From Octopus sinensis (lineage: Eukaryota), in assembly GCF_006345805.1 (NCBI RefSeq), contig NC_043001.1, positions 46,562,001 to 46,626,000 on the forward strand: 64,000 nt of DNA, in the 5' to 3' direction. Position 1 is the first letter of the stretch, and each line of letters opens with the position of its first letter. Under the pieces are notes generated by a model. That model was not told the DNA's origin and did not search any database. It saw only the letters and a list, made by a program, of their open reading frames with translations. A program made the position numbers and the translations under genes. Positions 51,688-63,966 of this stretch are shown in pieces.

Positions 51688-52940
51688 ATGAAAGACCTAT
51701 TAGTTGACATATTACGGTTACAAAGGCAACAGCAATAGCAGCAACAGGAGTTGACCCAACAACTACAATAGCAACAACTACAATACAATCAGTTGTTAAA
51801 ACTGATGTTGAAGTCGGGAAAGACTGCAAGTTCGTTTTCGCCAGACGGCGTAGCGAATGCTATAACTGAATTTAGTCATAACCCAGAAGAGAGTATAACT
51901 TTTTCGGCGTACATCAGAAGATACGAAGAAATCTTCAATGAAGACTGTGTTTGACAGACGATGAAAAAGTGAGATTACTCTTACAGAAACTGGGTCCAGG
52001 ACATGAAAAATACTGCTATTTTATCTTGCCTAAAAAAAAACAGGTGAAATTTGTTTCAAGGAAACAATTGAATTGCTATCCAAAATGTTCGGCGATAAGA
52101 GTTCCCAGTTTAACACTCGCTGGGAGTGTTTGAACTTAGTAAAAGAAGAGGATGTAAGTTTTATCAGTTATGCTGGAATCGTAAATAAAATGTGCGAAAA
52201 ATGTAAACTGAAGGAATTATCTCCAGGCATGTTTAAATTCCTCATCTTTGTGCAAGGTATGACGGCAAACAAAGATGTAGAAATACGTACACGGATTTTT
52301 ACAAAACTAGGATAGAAGGACCAGAATTTAACCCTGTGGGCAGTAGCAGAGGAATGTCAAAGAATTATCAACTTGCAATAGGACGTAAAGAAAATTGAAG
52401 AAAAAAGTTTCTGTTAACTACAGACATGTCGACCGGAATAAATAAAGAAAAAAGAATGTTACGATAAAATCCATGCTATGAGTGTGGAGGTTTGCATTTT
52501 AAGAAAGACTGTCCATTTAAAACTCGGAAATGTTTAAGCTGTCAAAAAATAGGACCTAAAAGCTCGCACTGTATAGCGAAGCAAAAAAGGTTGAAAAAAT
52601 TCTTCAAAAAGGGTTTGCTCAACAGAAAGTCGTGACGTCAACCAAAAAAAAAGCATGTGTATGTAAAAAGAAATGATGCGAACGTGAAACTACAATTAGA
52701 CACAGGTAGCGACACGTGGAACAAAATTGGGAAAATTGCATTAAAGAAAACATCGAAAAGTGCGCGAGACATCACAGGTGAAAGATAACACTTCTTAGGC
52801 AAAATGGTTAGCGACATTGCATTTCATGGTAAAACCTGTAAAGCAAAAGTGTTTGTGTGAAAAAATGCAACAAACTTGTTCGCTACTAACTGGATGGAAT
52901 TTTGATTTATGGGACCTCCCCATAAATTTGTCCTGTAAAA
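51688..52940 (+). pseudogene. gag: Gypsy gag plus aspartic protease remnant
   Basis: MKDLLVDIL...FSAYIRRYEEIF...DDEKVRLLLQKLG...FNTRWECLNL. Two CCHC-type knuckles (CYECGGLHFKKDC; CLSCQKIGPKSSHC), VKLQLDTGSD at ~52699. Several stops and frameshifts. Confidence 0.88.
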
Positions 52941-53074
52941 ATATTTGTGTCACGTCATTCGGGAGCTGCCAGTAACTGTTCAAGATATAAAATTAAAATC
53001 GGAGAATGACAAATTCATTGTAATGATGAAAGAAACGTTGAAGGTAAAAGAAAATATAAGTATACGTAACACAA

Positions 53075-53993
53075 ATGCGAACCATGTACGTACAAAGAGT
53101 TGTAATGCCAGCTGCACTACAAAAGCGCGTATTAAGTGAGTTTCATATGGGACATCCAAGGATTTCAAGAATGAAATCAGTAATGAGGAGTTATATGTAT
53201 TGGCCTATTATGGGCCGTGATATTGAACCTCCTGCAGAGGTTGAGCTCTCGCAGCAAAATCACCACAGGTGAAATTCCAATCGTGGCCTAAGTCTGTAGT
53301 CCAGGCTGCATATAGATTTTGCTGGACTGGTAAACGGTGCGTATTATCGGATCAAAGTAGACAGCTATACCAAGTAGCCGGAGTTGACAGCTTAAACATT
53401 TCCGAGTTTGTTTTAAATGCAGTCAACCAACCACGAAAGTAACAATAATATTCCTTCACAAACTTTTTAAGCGATACGGTGTCCCGGGCACGACACTATC
53501 GGATAACGGAACGTAGTTTTCAGGGTACGAATATAAAAACTTCTGTGAGAGTTATGTAAGCAATCACATCTCTACTTTGCCGTACTACCCTGGATCAAAT
53601 GGACAAGCTGAAAGGTTCGTAGACACATTTAAGAAAGCACTAAAAATATCAGGAAATGAATTAGGCTGTGATGCTGCACTAACTCAATTCTTAAGGGCTT
53701 ACAGGGTAACACCCAGCCCGAAAATCTGTTCAGGCAAGTCGCCCGCAGAGCTAATGTTTGCGCGGAAGATAAAATCAATTTTTGATAAATTGTTACCTTC
53801 AAAAAAAAAAAAAAAGAAAGAAACTTATAGGGAAAACCCTAAAACCCCAAAATATTTTAATGTAGCAGATAAAGCTCATTTCAAAATATATATGAATGGA
53901 AGACAAGGTTGGGAGGACGGTATAGTGACGAAAAGAACAGGCAGTATGATGTACATAACAAAAGGTCAAATAGGAGAGCCCAAACGACATTAG
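53075..53993 (+). pseudogene. pol: Gypsy integrase remnant
   Basis: HMGHPRISRMKSVMRSYMYWP...CRG*, RLHIDFAG, DNGT, PYYPGSNGQAERFVDTFK; stops and frameshifts. Confidence 0.9.
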
Positions 53994-54245
53994 AACCAGT
54001 TGAAAACTAGACGTACTGAAGAAAGAGAAGAAATACAAATGGGAGTTTGTTATGACTTGTTCGATGTTTCAACGCCAAAAGAAGTTGAACCTAAGCGGGT
54101 CAGCAATAAAAAACATAAACAAACAGAATGACTAGAAATAGTCCATAAGCGAAAGAAGTATTCAAACTTCTGAGAAAATTAAAATCTCAAAAAAGGGAGA
54201 AGTGATGATGAAAAAAGAATAAAAGTCAAATCTCAAAAAGGGAGA

Positions 54246-54548
54246 CGTTATGGCGAGTATCATGACATCTGTAAGAATGGACTAGCCGAACTCGTATAAG
54301 TAGCAGCGAGAAATGAGAAATTGCAGGTGGTCGCAAAGTGTTGCTCGTGAGTTCGTGGAATTGGAGGAGATTGTTGAGAAGTTGTTATAATTCGTTGAGA
54401 ATGGTTTTAGATTTGTTACAGTTATTTGCAGAGTACTTGGGAATACTTCAAGTGGTGACGGTTGGTATTTACTCCGTTCCGCGGTACTATACCACAATGT
54501 ATCAGTGCACGACACTAAGATAACATATACAGTAAGCACGTTATAAAA
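54246..54548 (+). repeat. 3' LTR (303 bp)
   Basis: Preceded by the PPT; direct repeat of 51297-51616. Confidence 0.9.
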
Positions 54549-54593
54549 GTATGTATGCATGTATGTATGTATGTATGTATGTATGTATGTATG

Positions 54594-54625
<32 letters not shown>

Positions 54626-55066
54626 ACTGGTAAACAATTCAAGTTGTTATAAAAATGTCCTGTTTTCACCTTAATGCCTTGATCAATGCGTCTAATGAAT
54701 AATTTACTAATTCAACATTTAAAGATGTCGAATTTCCAAAGCAACCTTTCTATAAGAATTCTACTTTAAAATTCCATATGAGAGAGGAGAATATTTTTAA
54801 AAAGTTTAAAAACTTTACTTTAACTTTTTATATATTTTCGAAACTAAAAAAAGCAAAACTTTGATGCTCTGCAAAGCTGCTTTGATGTAGAAGGAATTCA
54901 GAAAAAGTGCCTTTACAATCGTTGATTAATCCATAAATAAATACAAACAAAATGTAAAATATTTACTCCTCAATTCTATTTATAATGCTTTTTTATTTAC
55001 CTATAGAAAAAACAGAAAAAGCTATTTGTATATATCAATATGTATGTGCATGTATATGTGTGTGTA

Positions 55067-55098
<32 letters not shown>

Positions 55099-55308
55099 GT
55101 GGGAGTACGAGTGTATCAAGAGCCATGATACAACAACGGATCATCTGCTACCATCTAATGTGAGAAAGACGATATAGGCAAACATACACACATGCACACA
55201 TACATGCATACATGTATGCATACATACATATATATACATATACATACAATCACTCAGATAGAATGATAGCTAGATAGATATGGTTATATATGTATATGTG
55301 TATATATA

Positions 55309-55817
55309 TCTATATATATAAAACTCTAGTTGTGTGAGTGTCTGTCCCCTTCGATTTAGATTTCTAACTCCTCCCACATTTTGCGGTGCAGTTTAACCAA
55401 ATTCGGGTATCTTATAGTCGTGATTCATATCGAGCCCGTCTGGCTATTAGCGCGCGTCAACGATGAGTCTACGATTTTAAAAATAATTTAACATCATTTT
55501 TTATTCCATTTTAATGCATAATCTTTCGTGTGTCAATGGCGGCGGAGTTGACGTCCACGCTCACAGCTGCACCTGTTTGCTTCTCCCCCTTCCCTCCCTC
55601 GTGAAGCTGTGGGGAAGGGAGTGTAAAGAAATCAACGTCGTAATGCGTTGTCAAGGAGACCAGCGTTCTTTTAGAACAACGACTTCATGGCTTGAAGACA
55701 CCAAAACAGAAATGGCTAAGAAAGCCCGAATTGGCATCTATAAAGGAAGTAACTCTCTAAAAATGCTTATATATTTATTTCCCTTACAAACCCGAGCAAC
55801 GCCAGGCGATACTGCTA

Positions 55818-55818
<1 letters not shown>
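55309..55818 (+). mobile_element. Non-autonomous Helitron with an extra ~215-bp internal segment
   Basis: A|TCTATATATATAAAA ... GAGCAACGCCAGGCGATACTGCTAG|T. The first ~200 bp and the 3' end match 509-906. Confidence 0.88.
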
Positions 55819-55888
<70 letters not shown>

Positions 55889-56091
55889 TAGATAGATAGA
55901 TAGATAGATAGATGATAGATAGATAGATATAGATAATATATACATGTATATAGTCGTGGGAATATAAACGTCAGTAGCTATGTCCCGTATAGGACGCCAC
56001 ACGCCACACTTACTTGGCAATTATACGTTACGATTCCGTATTGCTACTGTTTATATCTCGCTCGGAGATTTGATATAGATTATTTCTCCTT

Positions 56092-56124
<33 letters not shown>

Positions 56125-57175
56125 TATATATAAACAGTAAAAAAAAATAAATACAGACATGGACAAGAACATGAAACACCAAAGACACGACACAAGAACC
56201 ACAGGACGGGACATTCGAAGCCCTCAGTCATCAGTCAAGAACCAGATCATCTTCGCAATTTCGGCTGATTAATCTTGATTGCTCCGATCTGGGCAGCCCC
56301 CAAAGGAAAATCTAAGCCAAGCGCATTAGATCCCTTGGAAGAAAGCTTCGAATGTATACAACACGAGGACGGAAAACGAACGAAGCACACGAACAAAAAT
56401 ACAGAATACGTGACACCAATAAGAATACAAAAACGTAAAAACAATAACGGTAAAGATAAAAAACAAAACAAAACCAGGACGTAGGACAAGGGTCTTTCGA
56501 CAGGACGAGTTGAGTTGGGGCTGGCTTATGAAGTAGTGCCTAATGGCCGCAGGGAGACGAACAAATACGCGTGCTGCTTCGACGACTGCTGGAACGAAAA
56601 GGGCGCCCAGCAGTGGCTAGCGGTCACGTGAGAACAAAAGACAGGAGAAAGGGACAGATGAAGAGAGAGAGAAGGTGGACGAGGGAGGAGAAAAAGAGAC
56701 AGATCGAGGGGACTGGGGGTGAGAGAGATAGAGAAACGTAGAAGGGGGGGACGGATGGAGAGAAAGAAAGGAAGGGGAATAAGGGAGGAGAGAGAGAGAA
56801 GAGAAAGAGACAGATCAAGAGTCGTATCAATGCTAGAGAAAAAATATACTTATCGTATAAGGACAATTGTGGATACGTAGCCCCCCGATTATATATGTAA
56901 ACAGTAAAAAATAAATACAGACATGGACAAGAACATGAAACACCAAAGAGACGACACAAGAACCACAGGACGGGACATTCGAAGCCCTCAGTCATCAGTC
57001 AAGAACCAGATCATCTTCGCAATTTCGGCTGATTAATCTTGAGATTGCTCCGATCTGGGCAGCCCCCAAAGGAAAATCTAAGCCAAGCGTATTAGATCCC
57101 TTGGAAGAAAGCTTCGAATGTATACAACACGAGGACGGAAAACGAACGAAGTACACGAACAAAAAATATATATAT
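56125..57175 (-). mobile_element. Penelope-like element: ~280-bp direct repeats (56125-56400, 56895-57170) around a ~490-bp interior
   Basis: Near-identical direct repeats with a GA-rich spacer, flanked by (TA)/(TG)n. Confidence 0.65.
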
Positions 57176-57181
57176 ATACGC

Positions 57182-57219
<38 letters not shown>

Positions 57220-57270
57220 GGTGTGGTGCGCGCGTGTGTGCGTGTGTGTGTATATATGTATGTATGTATG

Positions 57271-57340
<70 letters not shown>

Positions 57341-57363
57341 TATATATATAATATATATATTAC

Positions 57364-57398
<35 letters not shown>

Positions 57399-57739
57399 CA
57401 CAACGTACTTTCACAGTTTCTGTCTACCGTATATACTCAAAAGACACTGGTCGGCCCGGGTCATTCCTCGAAGTGGGATTGAACCCGAAATTACGTGGCT
57501 GCAAAACGAACTTCTCATCCACACAGTCATGCCTGTGTATAAGTGCATGTTGTGTGTGTGTGTGTGTGTGTGTGTCTGTGTGAGTGTGTTTGTATGTATG
57601 TATATCTAGCTTCTTATCTCTCTCTCTCTCTCCCTCTCTCCCTCTCCCTCTCCCTCTCTCTCTCCCTCTCTCTCTCTCTCCCTCTCTCTCTCTCTTTCTT
57701 TCTCTCTCTTCATCTATAGTGATTTCACTGTATTATTTT

Positions 57740-58099
57740 TCGTCAGCAGCGGTCAGCCAAACACCGAATGCCGAATCGAAAATCGGCCAAACCGATATAA
57801 TTTAGCGCCGGCTAAACAGCCAGTGATATCGGTAAAAGTTTTTAGTACTTCTCGTCTACTGGAGATGATTTCTCGGTACGTTTACCGCAGTCTACGGCGT
57901 TCTAAACAATGCATCCAAGTGTTTGATTCGATGTACGAATTAACATTCATTAAAAAGGCTACTTCTGCTGCTAAGAGGTAATTTATACAAAGCTTGCAGT
58001 CTTTTTACGCCTTCACTGGCTGTTTAGCCGGCGCTAAATTATATCGATTTACCTCATTTTCTGTTTGGCATTCGGTGGTTGGCTGACTGTTGCTGATGA
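57740..58099. mobile_element. MITE with ~87-bp imperfect TIRs
   Basis: 57740-57826 versus 58013-58099, including the perfect block CGATATAATTTAGCGCCGGCTAAACAGCCAGTGA. No clear TSD. Confidence 0.8.
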
Positions 58100-58254
58100 T
58101 CGTAGGACAGTGAAATTACATGATACAATAGTGTCATCCCATGGTGGTGACGAAACATCATTAACCGGTATTTTCTGTGCTCTTGCCATTTTTTTTGTCA
58201 ACACAAAATCCTTTCTTGGGACGTTTACCACAGTGTGTGTGTATGTGTGTGTGT

Positions 58255-58313
<59 letters not shown>

Positions 58314-58594
58314 TGTGAGTACATACATGCTTCATTATTATTTCTAATCGGTAAAAGGTTACAAAATTGATTTCACAATATGGAGTATCGTGCATGGCTC
58401 TGATCAAAGAATGGTAAAATCTGGAAGCGTGACTTCATATCTGCGGATTAAAAAAGATAAAACTAACTACACACACACACACACACATATATATTCATTG
58501 TATTGAGTTTTATTCTTTCCTCTTTGTTCAACCAAACCCATATGTAAGTACATGTATGTATGTAGTTATATGCATACATATATAATTATATGCA

Positions 58595-58650
<56 letters not shown>

Positions 58651-58719
58651 TATATATATAATATATATATAGATATATCTATATATATATATATGTATGA
58701 ATATAGATATCTATGTATG

Positions 58720-59760
58720 TATGTAATTCCGGAAAATTGGAATTGAGTGAAAAACGGAAGTTCAAAAATTCTTCAGATATTACAGGAAATTGATGGAGTT
58801 AACAGAATTCTAGATAAGTGATGGTAATATGTCAAGATACCGGAAAAATCCCTAAAATATTGAGCGGTTGCCTTAAATTTCAGAAATTAAGTGTTTGATG
58901 GAAAATAGAGATAGTTGTTTGGCAGAATTTGAAAAAGACTGGCATTAGAAAATGATCTTGTCTAATGGTGTTTGAAGTTTGGTGAGAAAAAGATGGACAA
59001 TGTGATAATGTGTACCAGTCATAATGAGGCTGATTGAAATTCCCACACAGCGTCAATAACTGTCGTATTTCACCAGAAATTATGTGAAATATACTGAGAT
59101 TTTTGAAAAATTAGTAGAATATTTGTGAAACAGAAGATGATTAGGATTTTAAGGATGTTGGTGGGAATACGGCGAAGCTCCGGAAGTTAGTTGATATTTC
59201 AGATATCGACAAAAAATGTAAGATATTGACGGTTGGTGAAAATCGTTGGTGTTTGAACAAGATATTAAAAACTTTTGTAGGAGGTTGGTAGAATAAAGTT
59301 GACGGGGATTAAAGGAGGTGTATTAAATTTTTTTTTTTTTTTTTGGAAATTGAAGGAAATATACTAAAACTAACACTGCTAGATATAGACTTCAGATACT
59401 TGCCGGAAATATAGAAACTGAAGGAAATTGTCCAAAATTGCTCGAAAGTGGAAGTTGATAGAAAATAACAAGGTCTGACGGAGATTGTCGGTAAATAACG
59501 ATGTTTGTCGAAAATTAACGCTAATGACTTGGTTTGATAGACATTGGTGGATATTGCCACAGTTTTCTGTGGGTTGTACAAATTGTAGAATATTATTTGC
59601 TTTTGAGTATAATTTATGAAACTACTAGACGTAAGGATATAGTACGAATATTCTATACATAAGGAAACTCATAGAAAATTTATAGATATTGATAGAAAAA
59701 AAAACTAGAATAAAATTTATGCTTAAAGATGGAAAAATTCAGAAATTTCACGAATATAGG
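58720..59760. repeat. Highly degenerate ~10-bp minisatellite (GAWATTGNNG-like)
   Basis: Recurrent GAAATTGATGG, GATATTGACGG, GAAATTGAAGG, GAGATTGTCGG, GACATTGGTGG; several neighbours are 10-11 bp apart; plus strand is C-poor. Confidence 0.55.
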
Positions 59761-60020
59761 CGCAGGTATGGTTGTATAGTTAAGAAGAAGCTTGCTTTGC
59801 AACAAGATTGTTCAAGTTCGGTCTCTCTGCGCGGGACCTTGTCTTCTTCTATGGCTTCTGGCAGACTAATACTTTGTGTGAGTGAATTGGTAAATGAAAA
59901 TTGTGTGGAAGCCCGTCATATGTGTGTGAGTGTATGTCCCTACCATCATTTCACAACTGGTGTTAGCTTGTTTACGTCACCGTAAATTTGCGATACAGCA
60001 AAGGAGATCGATCGAATAAA
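59760..60020 (+). mobile_element. SINE family B, diverged
   Basis: Head and both modules recognisable. Confidence 0.7.
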
Positions 60021-60029
60021 TAAAAAAAG

Positions 60030-60440
60030 TAGAAAGGTAAAGACCTCCCCTACCTCGATCATGAATGATCGAGATTGCACCTAGAAAGTTCTCCTCAGAG
60101 GCACAAGTCCGGACAAGGTTGTTTATGGAAGACCAGCAGTCGCCCATGTATACCAGCTTCCCTTCTCCACACCACCAATATTATCCAAAAGAAAGACAAA
60201 GGTCGATACAGCTTGGCACCAGTGAGTGAACTGAAGCAATGTGAAATAAAATATCTTACTCAAGAACACAACACACAGCCAGGGTTCGGGAATCGAACTC
60301 ACTGCCTCATGATTATGGGGCCGACGCTCTAACCACTGAGCCATGCACCTTCACTGATATAGGAAGAAGTGAATAACTGTTCACTACCTCATGATTGTGA
60401 GCCCGACGCTCTAACCACTGAGACATTCGCCTTCACCGGG
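60030..60440 (-). mobile_element. SINE family C plus a duplicated head (60380-60435)
   Basis: Reverse complement of 11776/31018. Confidence 0.8.
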
Positions 60441-60878
60441 GATCGATATGTTCAAAGCGAGGCTCAAGCATGGCTGTAGTCCAATGACGGAAACAGTTAA
60501 GAGATGAAAGAGAATATGTGAAAACTTTTTGAAAAACGACGGGATTTATGAGAGACAGGCGGTAGAACGATCAAGCCTCAAAACTACTACTACCATTAGC
60601 AATCACCATCATTATTACATTTACAACTCATCATGTCCATTACCACCTCTAACATAACTATTGCGACCACCATCGCCACTATAGATGGAACTATCACGTA
60701 CCCTTTGTTCGTTTGTGTTACCCATATTCTTTCACTTCTAAGTTAACGACCTACTCGCTGTTACTACTAACAACAACGCTCACTTATACCTTAACTCTGG
60801 GACATTTATGGCCTTCTTTTTGTATATGTCTAAGTGTCCCGTCTATGTATATAAGCAAACTAGCTTGTAAAATCTCAA

Positions 60879-61089
60879 GAAGAGATCAGAGTAGTAACTA
60901 TACTAAAAAGTAAAGTCAGTCGCCACATCAGAGTGTCTGTTCCATGTTACTACTAATTTAACCTCAGGCAGATCCTCCGCCAGTTAAATCGAAGAGATCA
61001 GAGTAGTAACTATCGTAAAGTCGCGCCACATCAGAGTGTCTGTTCCATGTTACTACTAATTTAACCTCAGGCAGATCCTCCGCCAGTTA
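60879..61089. repeat. Tandem duplication of a ~112-bp unit (second copy 99 bp)
   Basis: GAAGAGATCAGAGTAGTAAC starts at 60879 and 60991. Confidence 0.9.
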
Positions 61090-61533
61090 TCGGTTATCGG
61101 TGCGACTCTGCACAATTTATATGCAATATATATTGTTAGTAGGGGGAGGGAGTGAACCCCTTCCACCCTTTAGCAGGATCGCGAGACTGACTCAGCTATT
61201 TGGCTCATCCTCAGTCGCGAGCACTTGTCCGCCAGAGTGATAACCAGAGTCTGCTTCAGCTAATATATTGTAAACAAGGCGACCACCGGTCACTGATTTG
61301 CACAAGCAAAATACTATATATATATATATATATATAATATATAATATATATAATATATATATATAATAAGAGGAAAAATCTATCAGAAAGGAACTCTATC
61401 TCACTTAAAAAAAAATCTTTTGATAAGCAATACAAATGCGCAACCGGTAAAAGAACTTTCACCTAATTAAATTACTTAAATTACTTAAATTATTTTTGTC
61501 AGCATTTTCTTCATTTCCTTTATTATATATATC

Positions 61534-61568
<35 letters not shown>

Positions 61569-61635
61569 TATATATATATAATATATATATATATATATAA
61601 TATACACATGTATATACATATATACATATTACATG

Positions 61636-61664
<29 letters not shown>

Positions 61665-61666
<2 letters not shown>

Positions 61667-61910
61667 GAGGCGCGTGGCTTAGTGGTTAGGGTGTCAGCAT
61701 CATGATCGTAAGATTGTGGTTTCTAATTCTGAACCGGGCGACGAGTTGTGTTCTTGAGCAAAACACTTCATTTCACGTTGCTCTAGTCCACTCAGCTGGC
61801 AAAAATGAGTAACGCTGCGATGGACTGGCGTACCATCCAGCTGGGGAACACATACACCATTGAAACCGGGAAACCGGGCCCATGAGATTGGTTAGGCTTT
61901 AAAAGGGCGC
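61665..61910 (+). mobile_element. tRNA-derived SINE (C-type central module)
   Basis: GGAGGCGCGTGGCTTAGTGGTTAGG head; CTTGAGCAAAACACTTCATTTCACGTTGCTC. Confidence 0.8.
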
Positions 61911-61922
61911 ATTTATTATATA

Positions 61923-61974
<52 letters not shown>

Positions 61975-62004
61975 TATATATATATCTTTTTAACTTTTTA
62001 TTGT

Positions 62005-62465
62005 TACAGTCACTGGATTGCAGCCATGCTGGGGCATCACCTCTTCAATGGTTTAATTGAACAATTCAACATCAGTACTTATTTTCAAATCTGACATTTA
62101 TTCATTTGGTAACGTTTGCCGAACCGCTAAGTTACGGGGACGTAAAGAACCCAACATCTGTTGTCAAGTGGTGGTGGGGGACATACAAAAGCACAAATAC
62201 ACATAGGTATCGATACACAGATACTGACACGCAATCACAAACACACACACACATACACATGCACACACATGGTTGCACATATATGAGCACAAACCAAAGC
62301 AGTAAAAATAGCACGAAAACCATCATGTTGCTCGAAAAGTTCACATCTGACTGATGATCGGTTGCGTGAAACTCTGAGTTACGCACTGGGGTCGATATAA
62401 TCGACTTAATACTTTGTCCTTGTCTGTCCCCTCTATGTTTAGCCCCTTGTGGGTAATAAAGAAAT
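62005..62465. mobile_element. SINE fragments: family B second module (62005-62185, minus) and family A 3' end (62376-62465, plus)
   Basis: Similarity to the intact copies in this window. Confidence 0.7.
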
Positions 62466-62525
62466 ATATCTATCTATCCATCTTGTAAAGTTTTTCGGCT
62501 TCAATTGAACAATACACACGAGTGT

Positions 62526-62566
<41 letters not shown>

Positions 62567-63084
62567 AATAAATCAATACTGACATGTAGTCTCCTGTCCG
62601 ACCGCAATCAGCTAGAGTAGCGCAGTCTGCTAAGTAAACACTAACTTTTTTTTTTTTTTTTTTAAATTGATGTAATCGACTTCAGTACATAAATGCTACT
62701 ATATTTTAGCGACTCTCGAAAGTATAAAAAGTAAACTTGATTTTGGCCTAGATTTGAGCTCGGAGAGAAATCACCTTGTAATCATTTAGTAGAAATCATT
62801 TTGACCAAACTTCAGACGCCTCTACAAATAATCTACCGTGGTAAAATCAGTCTCACTAAGCCAGAACTACAATCCTCATGGTGAAGTGATGGCGCTGCCA
62901 CTACCAAGACTAACACAACCACCATTAACAACATCACCACCTTCGTATCAGAGCATATAACACACTTCAACCAGGGTCCTGACGCTAACTTATTTCAGGT
63001 TCACATTTGACGCTGCTAATTACAAACAGACTCGTTCTGGCTGTTTTCTGGCCCCTTTTTCCTTCTCTGTGTTTCACAAACCGC

Positions 63085-63105
63085 GGAAGCACACACATAC
63101 ACACA

Positions 63106-63162
<57 letters not shown>

Positions 63163-63182
63163 ACACACACACACACACACAT

Positions 63183-63213
<31 letters not shown>

Positions 63214-63240
63214 CACACACACAACACATACACACACACA

Positions 63241-63275
<35 letters not shown>

Positions 63276-63760
63276 AAAAATATACAAATGTAAGTATGTA
63301 TGCGCACATATATGTATATATATATTTGCATATATATAAATATGTATACTCGCGTGTATGCGTGTAGTGCGCATTTATAAGTAGGAAAGACGTATATATA
63401 CATACGTTTGTGTATATAATACTTCTTGGCGTGTATATGCACTGAAGTATATTTGTATGTACGTATGTATGTATGTATGTATGTATGTATGTATGTATGT
63501 ATGTATGTATGCATGTATGTATGTATGTAATATATATATATATATATGTATGTATGTGTATGTATATGTGTGTGTATGTATGTGCATACATGTGTGTGTG
63601 TCTGTGTGTGTGTGTGCCTGTGTAATGCGTGTTTATACATATATACGCATACACACACAGGCACTTATGATTCACCTACATATATATAACTATAGGTAGC
63701 CAGACAGACATACACACACACAAAGACACACACACACATACACACACACACACATACATA
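63085..63760. repeat. (CA)n/(TATG)n/(TG)n microsatellite field, representative of dozens of (TA), (CA), (TATG), (TATC) and (GA) arrays across the window
   Basis: Directly visible. Confidence 0.97.
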
Positions 63761-63966
63761 TGTACGGAACCTCTAAAATGTCGAAGTTATGCTGCCGTTT
63801 CACCAAAGTCTAGGGTTCTAGCCATTGTTAGAATTCTTGTCATTAACAAACCAACCATATCAGAGAAACCATTTCTCAGGCATAGCTGGAATATAGTCAC
63901 AGAATTCTACCCGTCCAAATAGTGCCTTTGCAAATGACTCTGCAAATCCGTCTCAGTTACACTGAG

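Larger units (their letters stand above)
51297..54548 (+). mobile_element. Degenerate Ty3/Gypsy LTR retrotransposon (K02A2.6-like), RT/RNase H absent
   Basis: Two LTRs, PBS TGGCGACGAG (51618-51627), PPT AAAAAGGGAGA (54235-54245), gag, protease and integrase remnants, probable 5-bp TSD GCATG/GTATG within (TATG)n. Confidence 0.92.

Noticed and set aside
60879-61089. CRISPR-like repeat array
   Set aside because: Eukaryotic context, only two units, no unique spacers, no cas genes.
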